A stretch of DNA of 64,000 nucleotides from positions 1 through 64,000 of the IMG/VR virus record IMGVR_UViG_2645728028_000003. One strand, 5' to 3'. This document shows, in pieces, positions 18,583 to 28,490 of the stretch; positions within the stretch are counted from its first letter, which is position 1, and each line of letters opens with the position of its first letter. The notes beneath the pieces were generated by a model. That model made no database searches. It was not told the DNA's origin and was given only the letters and a program-made list of their open reading frames with translations. The DNA comes from an uncultured virus (IMG/VR IMGVR_UViG_2645728028_000003). Lineage: Duplodnaviria > Heunggongvirae > Uroviricota > Caudoviricetes. Both the position numbers and the translations under genes were made by a program.

Positions 18583-19275
18583 CTATTCGACTGGGATTAG
18601 TTTTACCGGTGCTTCTGTCTGGATTTCATATTCAAACTCTGCAGAAAAAACGTACTCTGGTACACCGTTGTCTGAACCAAGGATGGTGTTAACAATTAAT
18701 GATCCAGTTGAATCATAAACCACGAAATTACTCCCCCTACCAGCTGGTACCGCTTTATATCTTCCAAGAGGCACATCATCTCCCACGATAAAGTGGCCCG
18801 CACTTAAGTTTACAGGAGCTTCATTTTTTTCTTTTATAACTTTCTCAATTTTTGCAAGTTCATCTCTTTTTGCTTTTATGTCAGCAGTTAAATTAGAGAC
18901 AGTAGTTTCTTGACCTGATTTCGTGGACTCCAGACTTTTGATGTCTGCTTCAAGTTGTTTTTTATTTTCAACAGCCGTTAAAGCTTCATCAAACTCTGCC
19001 TTTTTTTCAGAATACTGCTTATCTAGATCACTAATTTTGCTGTTAATTTCTTCTTCCTTCTTTTTGAGATTTGCTTCAGCATCTTTAAGTTCATTTTCTT
19101 TATCGCTTATTTTGCTTACCAATTCATCATAGGTAACTTTTTCATCGTCTATTACGGCCTTCGCTCCTGAATATCCAATTGTATAGAAGATGGAAAGAAC
19201 TATAGCTACACCTGCAACTCCAATCCAAAACTTTTTTGTTTTGAGCCAACTTACCTTCTCTCTTTCAATTTCCAC
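18583..19275 (-). CDS. Membrane-anchored coiled-coil protein with small C-terminal beta domain
   Basis: N-terminal TM, long heptads, LSAGHFIVGDDVPLGRY. Confidence 0.75.
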   Translation of the reverse strand: MEIEREKVSWLKTKKFWIGVAGVAIVLSIFYTIGYSGAKAVIDDEKVTYDELVSKISDKENELKDAEANLKKKEEEINSKISDLDKQYSEKKAEFDEALTAVENKKQLEADIKSLESTKSGQETTVSNLTADIKAKRDELAKIEKVIKEKNEAPVNLSAGHFIVGDDVPLGRYKAVPAGRGSNFVVYDSTGSLIVNTILGSDNGVPEYVFSAEFEYEIQTEAPVKLIPVE

Positions 19276-19454
19276 CCTTAATTCCCCCTATTTATTTATA
19301 AATAAATTTTACCATCTTACTTAAACATTTCCATCTATTTTTCAATTAGTCCTTTTTTATCCAGATAATAAAAAATTCAGCATCCAAAACCAATAGAACC
19401 GTTTTAATGTCGACTCCTGTATTTTTACTGATTGATTTTGCCATGTGTTTAATA

Positions 19455-21830
19455 TCAATTTCCATTTGATACTTCCTCCAGTTTACAGGATACTGGCGCC
19501 GGCAGTTTTGTAATAAACCGTCCATACCCATCTTTATTTTTAATCAGGTTCAACGAGTGGAACCTCTTCAACTGCATAAGATCCTCCAGCTCAAATGGCT
19601 TTAATTCATCCTGCAGCTCCTTAAAATTCTCCTTATCGCACCCGGCTATCAGCATATAGCTGGCACTAGCACTTCTTAATTCTGGGCGGATTGTTTTGAT
19701 TTGATTTAAGTAATGGCAGCTGATAATTGGTTTGATATTAAACTTAGGCAGCCTGCTAAGTTTAGTTGTTAAAAACTTCTCAGTACTCTCTACCTGGTAC
19801 AGCTCATCAATAACCAGGTTAACCTTCGTCATCTCATCCCGGTTATTTTTATATTTCATTTTCCGCATTTGCAAGGCCATCCAAATCTTAGTGATCCAGT
19901 ACGTGCAGTAAACATCTTTCTCATTGTCGGTAGTAAACATATGCTCGGGCATTTTAAAACATATAAGCTGGCTCTTTTGCATTTCCTCCACAAGGTTGAA
20001 GTTATTGGCTGTCGATTTTTTTAGCATGAGCTCCATATATGTGTTGGACTTTAACTTATTAAGACGGTCAATAATCCCAACAATTAAATTCAATTTTGTT
20101 CCTTGGATATTACCATCCTTATCATAATCATCAAGTTCATCCAAGCTCATCATATATTCTTCTAAGTTCTCATATTGACTTTTAGACACCTTTATTAAAA
20201 ATTGATGCCTGGCATTATGGTTTTGGAGTACCTGAAATACATCACGAATGCTCCCACCAGAGATAAATACAATCAGAGCCGCACTGGTTAGGTATCGTTC
20301 CATTTTAGGTGAAAGGTGAGTGTCTGCAGAGTTAATCGAATTAACCAGAGTCATTAGCTGGGTGGTCTGTTTCTTGGCATTGTCATATTGGATAAAAGGA
20401 TCTGCAGTTACTTCTACCTCGTTATATCCTAATCCTTGCAACTTCTCAAAGTCGTTACATTCTACATTTAAAACCTTCTCCTTGGAAAACAGTGCTGCTA
20501 CTTCCTCGCTTAATTCACAGTTGCCAATGTAATCGAAAATTATGGTACATTCCCCGACCTTCACTGAATCAAATGCAAGATTTCCGATTAAAGTTGATTT
20601 CCCTGCGCGGTTCGGTCCGATAAGAATCAGTGAAAGGTATTTAAATTCTTTGTCTGTGGAAAGAAAAGCATCCTGCTTATTCCCTCTGTATGTGCTGGTG
20701 CCAATCCTCATTACTCCCATCCTTAAGTCTTCAGGAACCTCCGTCTCCTGAGTTTCTACCTTTTCGATGAAATTATATTTTTCCAATATGTCTCGGCCAG
20801 CAAGAGAAAGAAAGTTCTGTGCTTCTTCATCTCCTATTTTGTTTACTTCTGCTTTAATTTTATAATCAGTATAGTTAAACGGCTTTACAGATTTAGAGAT
20901 TAATTTATTGTCGTCCGTTATTGTTTCAAATGATTGCGCTAAGCTCCGAGCACTGTTTCGCTGCCTTAATTTATCTGAGCTTTCGCTGATCACTACAATT
21001 TGAGTATCGATGACAGTTGCGGTGGCCTTTTTCCGAGTGGATTCATTAATCTTCTTTCCCCCGTTTAACCGTTCCAGTGTTTGCTCAAGTATGTTAATGC
21101 TATCAATTCCTTTCTTTGACTTGTTTTCACCTCCAAGAGCCTCCCCGATTCCATCTGTGATGGATGAAAGTATGCCGATTGCTAATTTAAAACAGTAGGA
21201 TATACCAACTTTATTACGGTCTGTAGGAAGGTTTCGTTTCACTTTATTGATTGTGTTTTCGTAGCTGCTTCGCCAGCTGAACTGAGATGCTGGCATAAAG
21301 TTGTAAAAGATCCCTGCTTTGTCTCCTTCTTCTAATACATCCACCACATTCAGCTTGGAATGCAGCAAGTCACTATTCCGCCGGTCTGTAGCTAGACTTA
21401 AGGCGTCTTCTTTTTTATAGACCATTTGATACATGGCTGCGTCATCAGAAAACATAGGGAGCTGTTCTACCTCAGTAACTGTGATGTTGGTCCACACATC
21501 ACCTATTTTTTCTTTAATGAATGAATAATGATGTTTGGGAGCAATGAAATAAAATTCGATTTTCTTCTTCTCTATATAAACCAAGAAACTTACTTTTGAA
21601 TTCATCTCAAATGAGAATTGAGTCCCGAGCAAAAATTCTTTGCCCAGGGCCTTAACTAACTTTACTTCCTCTTTATTTATATTTTGAATTAAATTCTTGT
21701 GTAGGGATGCGATGGCTTTGGCAAGTTTATGAGTGGTTTGATTACGGATTGAGTTATTAGGAGTTAATTTAATAAAGATATATTCTGGACGAACGATTTT
21801 AAAGTATTTGCTTAGCTTTATGGTTTTCAT
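19455..21830 (-). CDS. Large P-loop ATPase of HerA/VirB4/VirD4-like type
   Basis: Walker A GPNRAGKS, IIFD, Walker B LVIDELYQ, ISCHYLNQ. Confidence 0.75.
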   Translation of the reverse strand: MKTIKLSKYFKIVRPEYIFIKLTPNNSIRNQTTHKLAKAIASLHKNLIQNINKEEVKLVKALGKEFLLGTQFSFEMNSKVSFLVYIEKKKIEFYFIAPKHHYSFIKEKIGDVWTNITVTEVEQLPMFSDDAAMYQMVYKKEDALSLATDRRNSDLLHSKLNVVDVLEEGDKAGIFYNFMPASQFSWRSSYENTINKVKRNLPTDRNKVGISYCFKLAIGILSSITDGIGEALGGENKSKKGIDSINILEQTLERLNGGKKINESTRKKATATVIDTQIVVISESSDKLRQRNSARSLAQSFETITDDNKLISKSVKPFNYTDYKIKAEVNKIGDEEAQNFLSLAGRDILEKYNFIEKVETQETEVPEDLRMGVMRIGTSTYRGNKQDAFLSTDKEFKYLSLILIGPNRAGKSTLIGNLAFDSVKVGECTIIFDYIGNCELSEEVAALFSKEKVLNVECNDFEKLQGLGYNEVEVTADPFIQYDNAKKQTTQLMTLVNSINSADTHLSPKMERYLTSAALIVFISGGSIRDVFQVLQNHNARHQFLIKVSKSQYENLEEYMMSLDELDDYDKDGNIQGTKLNLIVGIIDRLNKLKSNTYMELMLKKSTANNFNLVEEMQKSQLICFKMPEHMFTTDNEKDVYCTYWITKIWMALQMRKMKYKNNRDEMTKVNLVIDELYQVESTEKFLTTKLSRLPKFNIKPIISCHYLNQIKTIRPELRSASASYMLIAGCDKENFKELQDELKPFELEDLMQLKRFHSLNLIKNKDGYGRFITKLPAPVSCKLEEVSNGN

Positions 21831-22093
21831 TCTCCATTCCTCCAAAATGTAAATGGTACAACGGCATTAAGCAAAGACTCATCGTACTCTTGAAGCCACA
21901 GGTAATCATAATATATCTCCTTATTTTCAAGCTTGTGGATCAATCGCTCGTAAAGATGACCCGCAATAATACCCGGCTTTACTCCCATTGAATGCAGGGG
22001 TTTTAAAAAATTCCCCCATTGCTTACAGTCAAGGCAAATATTACTTTTAGAAAACAAAATATTTCCGCACATCTCGCAACTTTTTTTCGCCAT
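21827..22093 (-). CDS. Small Zn-ribbon hypothetical protein
   Basis: CEMC...CLDC; translationally coupled within the operon. Confidence 0.55.
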   Translation of the reverse strand: MAKKSCEMCGNILFSKSNICLDCKQWGNFLKPLHSMGVKPGIIAGHLYERLIHKLENKEIYYDYLWLQEYDESLLNAVVPFTFWRNGE

Positions 22094-22094
22094 T

Positions 22095-22784
22095 TCAAAT
22101 CCCTCCAAATAAGTATTTAATAAGAATGTTAGCGACCATTAAAACCCCTGCCCAACGACTACCATCTCGCCATCCTGCAACTTTTAAAATGATGCATAGG
22201 GCAGAACCAACCAGGGAAGCACCAAGGAGTAAATCTTTTAACGCGTCCAAAGCCCCTAATGTGAATTCAGTAACGTATTCTTTGGCATATTCGCGAATCA
22301 AGCTTTCCTGTTCGTATCCTTGGTAATTGTTCACCTTTCCCCGTTCCAAAAACCAATTAAAGATACCACCTTTCGAAATACTAGAGGTTTCCCCGCTCAT
22401 GGCTGCCAGTTGTTCAGCTACTGGAGTTGGATCCATGAAAGTACCATCAGGAGACCGTAAACCAAAATGCAAATGGGCAGCTGTAGAGTTTCCGGTATTT
22501 CCACTCAGGCCAATAATGTCACCTGCATCAACGTGTTCTCCAACCCTGGCAGTCACTTCGTTCATGTGGCCATAAATGGCTCGTGTGCCATCTGTTAGCT
22601 GAATTGATAACCCTTTACCTATTGCACCAGACCCGTTAAAGATACGATCAATTGTACCTTCTCCAATAGCTCTTAATGTGCTGTTTTCCGGAACAGCTAA
22701 ATCAATACCTGTGTGAGGCTGCCAATTTCGCACTGGTGAGAGTTCCCCAAATTCCCCTGATAGACGAAATTTCAAATTAATCAC
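22095..22784 (-). CDS. M23 peptidase with C-terminal TM helices
   Basis: HTGID, YGHM, GNTGNSTAAHLHF. Confidence 0.9.
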   Translation of the reverse strand: MINLKFRLSGEFGELSPVRNWQPHTGIDLAVPENSTLRAIGEGTIDRIFNGSGAIGKGLSIQLTDGTRAIYGHMNEVTARVGEHVDAGDIIGLSGNTGNSTAAHLHFGLRSPDGTFMDPTPVAEQLAAMSGETSSISKGGIFNWFLERGKVNNYQGYEQESLIREYAKEYVTEFTLGALDALKDLLLGASLVGSALCIILKVAGWRDGSRWAGVLMVANILIKYLFGGI

Positions 22785-22787
22785 CTC

Positions 22788-23195
22788 CTAAGCCATCTTC
22801 ACATTAGAAAACAATTTATCTATTTCTTCAAATCCGTAAGGCAATGCTAAAAGTAAAATGTAGATTAACAGATAAGAGAAGAATGATTTTTTAGCAGAAT
22901 CAAAATCACCATTTCCCACAGCTTTGATGGTATCAATACTTCCTTTGAATATAATGATCCATTTACCAACATCCATTAATTTGTAGTAGATCAAATTGGC
23001 TTTTGCATCTATTGCACTACTGGCTGCAAGAGCATAGTCAAACCCTCCTCCGGCCACAAATATGACTACTGTAGAGCCGACTATTTTATATAGCATTCCG
23101 TACTTTTTGAAATGCCTGGTGACTCTCGTTTGGAATGTTTCCTGTTCCTTTCCGTTAAGAAATTCTCGGACAGACATTTTTTCAACTTTTTTCAT
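22788..23195 (-). CDS. VirB2/pilin-like membrane protein
   Basis: Leader ending ALA followed by two hydrophobic helices. Confidence 0.55.
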   Translation of the reverse strand: MKKVEKMSVREFLNGKEQETFQTRVTRHFKKYGMLYKIVGSTVVIFVAGGGFDYALAASSAIDAKANLIYYKLMDVGKWIIIFKGSIDTIKAVGNGDFDSAKKSFFSYLLIYILLLALPYGFEEIDKLFSNVKMA

Positions 23196-23276
23196 CCTAA
23201 ACCCTCCTGTACATGCATTTTTTCTAAAGTGCTCGCATAAGCTGACGTAAAGACGCGTCTGCTACCTGGCACACGT

Positions 23277-23489
23277 CTAACCTAATTTGAAACCGTTAAA
23301 AGCGTTCTTTCCGCCATGTATTACATTGGCCTGGGGAGGCGCATTTTTTGTGTTTTCACCTCTCTCCATATCTCTCTGAATAAGCCTTTTCATGTACTTA
23401 GAGAATGCTCCGTTACTGATAGCGTGTTTATACAGTTCTATTTCAAACGGATCGCTAAGGCTGAAGGAAACCGGCTGAACCTTTCTCAT
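23277..23489 (-). CDS. Small ribbon-helix-helix-like protein
   Basis: VQPVSFSLSD...FSKYMKRLIQRD. Confidence 0.55.
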   Translation of the reverse strand: MRKVQPVSFSLSDPFEIELYKHAISNGAFSKYMKRLIQRDMERGENTKNAPPQANVIHGGKNAFNGFKLG

Positions 23490-23645
23490 AAAATCCACTC
23501 CCATTTAAGTAATACATCCGTAATACCTCTTTGAAATCTGAGTGGTGTTACGTTTGTAATACATTCTTATTCGTCTACTACTAATTAATTGCACGTCCAA
23601 GTTAAATGAAGGAAAATTTATTTCTTTGACGAAATTTTAGACGAG

Positions 23646-23894
23646 GTGGTAACGATGAAATCGCGTTTAAAAGAGGTCATGGACGAAAGAGGAATAAAGC
23701 AAAGTCACTTTGTTAAGAAATATGGAATCAGTGCGAAGACGATGAGCACATTATATAGAGGAACCATTCCTACATTGCAAAACGCCTACATAATTGCCCA
23801 GGAATTAGGGTTGCCCATAGAAGAAATCTGGTATGATGACATTAATAAATACATCAAAAAGTCTGAACCCCAAAAACGTGAAAAGCGCCCCTAA
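23646..23894 (+). CDS. XRE/HTH regulator
   Basis: SRLKEVMDERGIKQ...PTLQNAYIIAQELGLPIEEIW. Confidence 0.85.
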   Translation: MVTMKSRLKEVMDERGIKQSHFVKKYGISAKTMSTLYRGTIPTLQNAYIIAQELGLPIEEIWYDDINKYIKKSEPQKREKRP

Positions 23895-24157
23895 AACTGA
23901 GGAGCGCTTTCTACCTTTAATATATCTAAGAATGGAACTTTAACCGTATCAAAACCATTTTCGACATGAATTAATTTTGTCTGACCGTCTAGTTTCACAA
24001 TTTTTCCTTGTACTGGTTCTTCTTTTTTAAACACGATCAAAGTAACCTCATTTTTTTCAGTATGAGCCTCAACTAGCTGATTCCCTAATTCTTCAAGTTC
24101 AAAATCATCTCGGGATGGACGTTGTGGCTTTGACTTTTTCGGCATTTTAACTCCCAC
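23891..24157 (-). CDS. YolD-like protein (short form)
   Basis: RPSRDDFELEEL...GKIVKLD...VPFLDILKV. Confidence 0.75.
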   Translation of the reverse strand: MGVKMPKKSKPQRPSRDDFELEELGNQLVEAHTEKNEVTLIVFKKEEPVQGKIVKLDGQTKLIHVENGFDTVKVPFLDILKVESAPQF

Positions 24158-24160
24158 TTT

Positions 24161-24379
24161 TTAAGCTCCTCTCAATATCTTGCGTTCAGGTCCGACCGAT
24201 AAAACATTCCTTATTAAAAATGTCCTCTGCTGACTCCTGGCATAACAATACGCACGAAATGATTCATCATCCAAGCTTAAAACCTTTACTTTCCGTTGGC
24301 TAATGACCCCTTTGTTGTCTAGATAAATCATTTCGAGCAGTTCTCCATTTGATGCAGCTCGCGATAGTATCCCCTTCAT
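24161..24379 (-). CDS. Small WYL/SH3-like protein
   Basis: EMIYLDNKGVISQR...AYCYARSQQRTFLIRNVLS. Confidence 0.65.
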   Translation of the reverse strand: MKGILSRAASNGELLEMIYLDNKGVISQRKVKVLSLDDESFRAYCYARSQQRTFLIRNVLSVGPERKILRGA

Positions 24380-24409
24380 CGATCGAACCTCCTTTTCTTT
24401 AATTTTATA

Positions 24410-24461
24410 CGAACCTTTGTTCGAATTCAAGTTGAATACAGAATATACGTTCGTGTATAAT
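24410..24461. promoter_or_regulatory. Two LexA (SOS) boxes overlapping a sigA-like promoter
   Basis: CGAACCTTTGTTCG 24410-24423 and AGAATATACGTTCG 24440-24453; TTGAAT-18-TATAAT. Confidence 0.8.
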
Positions 24462-24490
24462 TCACCTAAAAAGGAAAAGGACTATGAATT

Positions 24491-24754
24491 ATGAAAGTGG
24501 TAATCCAAACAATCCTTAATGTGGAAGGCAACCGCGGATATAGAAACGGAGAATTTTATGTAAGGGATAATGAATTTAAGAAGGATCCTAACTTTGCTGT
24601 TGCTGTAGTAGCTTATGAATGGATCCAGCAGCAGAAGCGTGAGACCGGTCAGAGGGAGACAATTATCGAGAAGGTTGCCTGGAATGAAAACGATATTACA
24701 CAGATAGTCAGAGAAATCGTGCCGGTGATGCCGGAAGATGATTTGCCATTTTAG
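24491..24754 (+). CDS. Hypothetical protein ending in an SSB-like acidic tail (EDDLPF)
   Basis: RBS; downstream of SOS boxes. Confidence 0.7.
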   Translation: MKVVIQTILNVEGNRGYRNGEFYVRDNEFKKDPNFAVAVVAYEWIQQQKRETGQRETIIEKVAWNENDITQIVREIVPVMPEDDLPF

Positions 24755-24801
24755 ATAAAACAATTTATACGTTCTCTATTTAATAATGAGGTGATAGATC
24801 A

Positions 24802-25104
24802 ATGGAACAATATTTATATAAATTGAAATTAAAAACACATTTCTTAAATAGTGAAAATTGAACGCAAACAGAAGAAGAGATTATTAGCCGCCATTTCTTA
24901 AGACTTAAAGAGTATACTGAAAAGGGTAAAGTAATATTGGCAGGACGAACACTGAACGACGATGATACCGGATTTGGAATTGTTATCTTTGAAGCTGAAA
25001 ATGAAACGAGTGCAAAACAATTCATGAAAGATGATCCTGCTATTTCCGAGGGAATGATGGAAGGGACATTATTCCCTTATCGAGTAGCGTTAATGCGTGA
25101 ATAA
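24802..25104 (+). pseudogene. YciI-family protein with in-frame stop
   Basis: Manual translation ...HFLRLKEYTEKGKVILAGRT...FMKDDPAI...FPYRVAL; TGA at 24859-24861. Confidence 0.75.
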
Positions 25105-25457
25105 AAATAGAAGAAATGAGCTATCTGGAACGAGGTAAATGATATTACCGAAGACGTGAATCAGATTAGGCTGGTTGTGAAGGATGATTTGCCGTTTTGA
25201 AAAATTTAATGTTCAATTCTAATCGGACCAATCATATAATTCACAGAAGGGAGCTAGTGGATAAGAAAGAGCGCGTAGAAATCTTTTGACCATGTGCGGT
25301 GCTCACAGTTACTTAGCAGACATTGAAGCTTCGAAACTGCACGTAAATCCCATGTAAAATTTTATCCCCTCTCCCTGAGAAGGATATTTCAATAACAAAA
25401 AATAGCCACAGATAGAATCTATGGCTAAGGTGTTACCAGTGTCTTCTTCAGTATAAT

Positions 25458-25901
25458 CTATATAAATATGTTTGCAAGTCTAAACAATGAATCAAACCTA
25501 AACTTCAAATTGTAATCATTCCAAATAGCAGTAGTGCCTTCACTGTTGGTGTATATATTACCAAGTTGTAATTGTTCCATTATTTCAGCTTTGAACCTTT
25601 TTACCCCTAACTCTTGATACCTCCGAATCCTAGAGGGAATAAACGAAAGGTTTTCAATATCTTTAAATAATTCATCAGAAATAAAATAATCGTAATTCAT
25701 TGGAAACATATCTTTAATGGACCCATTAATTATAAACAGAATGATTACACTTTTTTCTAAGAAAACAAAGCTCCAACTCTTCTCTCCTATCACGACCACA
25801 AAATCCTCGTTATATAAGTCAACTATTTGATACTCTATATCCGGCTTAAACAGTTGAAGATATGAAGTTAATGCGTCGTTATCGATTGAAAAGTTCTCCA
25901 T
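25458..25901 (-). CDS. Hypothetical protein, partner of the 855-aa gene
   Basis: RBS, 21 bp downstream of the large ORF. Confidence 0.7.
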   Translation of the reverse strand: MENFSIDNDALTSYLQLFKPDIEYQIVDLYNEDFVVVIGEKSWSFVFLEKSVIILFIINGSIKDMFPMNYDYFISDELFKDIENLSFIPSRIRRYQELGVKRFKAEIMEQLQLGNIYTNSEGTTAIWNDYNLKFRFDSLFRLANIFI

Positions 25902-25922
25902 GGGTAATCCCCTCTGTTAATT

Positions 25923-28490
25923 TTAGTCTTTATCCTCAATAAACTCTGTAACTGATTTCGTATCTAATTGAGGATATTCTTCTACATTTTTGTTTAGAAC
26001 CCTTCTGAACAATATATCTACAGCACCTATATCAATTACTTCCTTAGTAAATAATTTAATTAACTCTTTACTAAAAATTGTTCTTGAATTTGCGATATGT
26101 TCATAGTTTTTTCTATACATATGATACAAATATAATAATGTATCAACAGTCAAAAAGATTGGTCTTGCATTTGACTCATCATTTAATTTCTCATAAAAGT
26201 GCTGTTTCATAGTTTCAAATTGCACTTCTTTAAACCTGTTTGAGATAAATACGTGACCAGAAAGTTCCTGGTTATCACTATAATTCTGGATAATGTCATT
26301 ATCATTCAATAGTTCGATATAATCTACCGCTTTCCTTTGTTCCTCTTTTTTAAGATTGTATCCTTCATCACTTCTAGTGAACTTACAGTCATATGAAAAT
26401 ACTCTTCTTTTTTCTTGTTTTAACTTACCCTTTTCAATATAAGAGATAGCAAAGATCCCTTCGGGTACAGGTTTCCCGCTCATTTCTTTTCCCCATTTCT
26501 CAGAATTGGGGAATAGGTCTTTCAATATAGCATAAATGTCATCTTCAAATTTCTTATCTGTATATTTTTTATCTACCTTTGATGGAGGTGTTTTTAATTG
26601 ACCCAATGATTCCTCAGCAATACTTGCTGCATTATGCACAAAAGATTTTTGACGAAGTTTGAGTTTCTCAATTATTTGTGAATAAAAATCACCGAACATA
26701 TGTTCATCAGTTACATATAGATTACCAAAAGTTACTGCTTGTATGCAATCACTATTATAAGATTCAAGATTCTTTTCTAATTGACCTACAAAGACAATTA
26801 TAGTTGGTGTCATCATTGTTTTTAATCTGTTTAGGTCTTTGTAGGGTATACTTTGATCCGATAACAATATTTGAATGATCTCATTATTCTCTAAACTTTC
26901 TAACTTATAGAATTTGTATTGGGTATCATCAAAAATAATTTTCGGTTCGTATGTTGCTAAGGAGAAATTGGACAATCCTTTTAAAGATTTTCTAATTAAT
27001 GACCTTATTACTGTTAAATCAGATTTCATTTCAGTTATTTCCTTGAACTTTAAATCACGGTTACCGCAATCCGGGCACTCATCAGGGGTTTCGTCAGTAA
27101 TTTCTTTCTCTAATTTACAAACTATACAATAAAAATTCTGCTTTTTTACTTCAATTATTAATTTATTTTTAATTAACTCTGATAGGATTTTTTTACCATG
27201 CTCATCTAATGACTTGGTCTGTGGTGTACCTAACAAATAATCTATCTTATCTGCTTTACCAGCTGTATATTTTCCATTTGCTATTTCTTGGTTTAAAGGA
27301 ATTCCAAATTTCTTTATAAATTTTTCAACAATCAACTGTTTCTTTGCTTCTTCTAAACGACTGTCATCCATAGTAAACAAAACATTTCCATTATCACGAA
27401 CAATCGATCGTACGATTCTACTTTTACTAGACGACTTTATTGACAAACTCTCGATATCCTTTAAGCTTTCTAAGTCAATGCATTTATTTATATGTGCATA
27501 TTTAACAGATGGCCAAATATCCTCATTTTCGAGTTCTAAAGTTACTTTTGGTGAATTTTTAATTGGACTTTCCCTGAAAACTATTTTATTTACTACAAAA
27601 TCCTCAACCTTCTCTTCTCCAGGTAATGACCCTTGAATAAATGCGTTTTTTACATCTTCACTATTATATTTTTCAAATACCTTAAGCTGGATAGGTGACG
27701 GATTACAATCCGGGAAATTATTATTAAAATATTTAATTAAGGCCTTCTTATCTGTTAGAGTTGTACTCTTTATTTCTAATGTTCTCTCTTTTGCATTAAC
27801 AGAGAACATTAGTGGTACAACTTCTTTATTTCTAACAGCTTTATCAAAATCCGCTCTTGGAGCATCATTTACCTGCTTATATAAAATAACAGTAACTGTT
27901 TGGTCTAATATTAAATATGAAAATACTCGAAACTTCTGTTTTTGTCCAGACTCTCTAAATAATTCATCAATAAGTATATTTCTATATGAACTTGGTATTT
28001 TTTGTGCTTCATCTAATGTAATACCTTTCTCATATGTATACAAATCTCCAGTGGACTTAATATCCCAAGAATATAAAGTATATAATTCAATCATTGATAA
28101 GCTAGTGTTAGAAATTAAATGTTTTAATTTAGTTAAGCTTGAAGATGCAAATTGCTCTTGTGCATTTGACATTTTCAACTTATAAAATTTATTGATTGTT
28201 TGTTTACGCCTATTTTCATAGTCATGAAGTATTAATATTTCTCGTTTATCATCTTCTGGTAGACCTAATAATAAAGTTACTAATTCAGTTTTACTTTCTG
28301 CAGAATCTAAGCCATATAAAACTGCTAGTTCCTTTAAGACACTTACTGTTTTGTTTTCTAATAATCTCTTAACCCTATTACTAATTAATGGACCTTCTAA
28401 TTCCAAAATGGGATCAATTGAGACACCAATTTCTCTCCAAAACCTTTCATCAGGTTTTGTATTGTCTTTATAATCAAAATTTAGCGACAC
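25923..28490 (-). CDS. 855-aa protein with Zn ribbon and putative C-terminal restriction-endonuclease-like domain
   Basis: CIVC/CPDC; KFEDD...PEG...YDCK resembles the E..PD-(D/E)xK arrangement; very AT-rich. Confidence 0.7.
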   Translation of the reverse strand: MSLNFDYKDNTKPDERFWREIGVSIDPILELEGPLISNRVKRLLENKTVSVLKELAVLYGLDSAESKTELVTLLLGLPEDDKREILILHDYENRRKQTINKFYKLKMSNAQEQFASSSLTKLKHLISNTSLSMIELYTLYSWDIKSTGDLYTYEKGITLDEAQKIPSSYRNILIDELFRESGQKQKFRVFSYLILDQTVTVILYKQVNDAPRADFDKAVRNKEVVPLMFSVNAKERTLEIKSTTLTDKKALIKYFNNNFPDCNPSPIQLKVFEKYNSEDVKNAFIQGSLPGEEKVEDFVVNKIVFRESPIKNSPKVTLELENEDIWPSVKYAHINKCIDLESLKDIESLSIKSSSKSRIVRSIVRDNGNVLFTMDDSRLEEAKKQLIVEKFIKKFGIPLNQEIANGKYTAGKADKIDYLLGTPQTKSLDEHGKKILSELIKNKLIIEVKKQNFYCIVCKLEKEITDETPDECPDCGNRDLKFKEITEMKSDLTVIRSLIRKSLKGLSNFSLATYEPKIIFDDTQYKFYKLESLENNEIIQILLSDQSIPYKDLNRLKTMMTPTIIVFVGQLEKNLESYNSDCIQAVTFGNLYVTDEHMFGDFYSQIIEKLKLRQKSFVHNAASIAEESLGQLKTPPSKVDKKYTDKKFEDDIYAILKDLFPNSEKWGKEMSGKPVPEGIFAISYIEKGKLKQEKRRVFSYDCKFTRSDEGYNLKKEEQRKAVDYIELLNDNDIIQNYSDNQELSGHVFISNRFKEVQFETMKQHFYEKLNDESNARPIFLTVDTLLYLYHMYRKNYEHIANSRTIFSKELIKLFTKEVIDIGAVDILFRRVLNKNVEEYPQLDTKSVTEFIEDKD

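Noticed and set aside
24859..24861. Recoded TGA (selenocysteine or readthrough) in yciI
   Set aside because: A simple TGG-to-TGA nonsense change is more parsimonious; no SECIS evident
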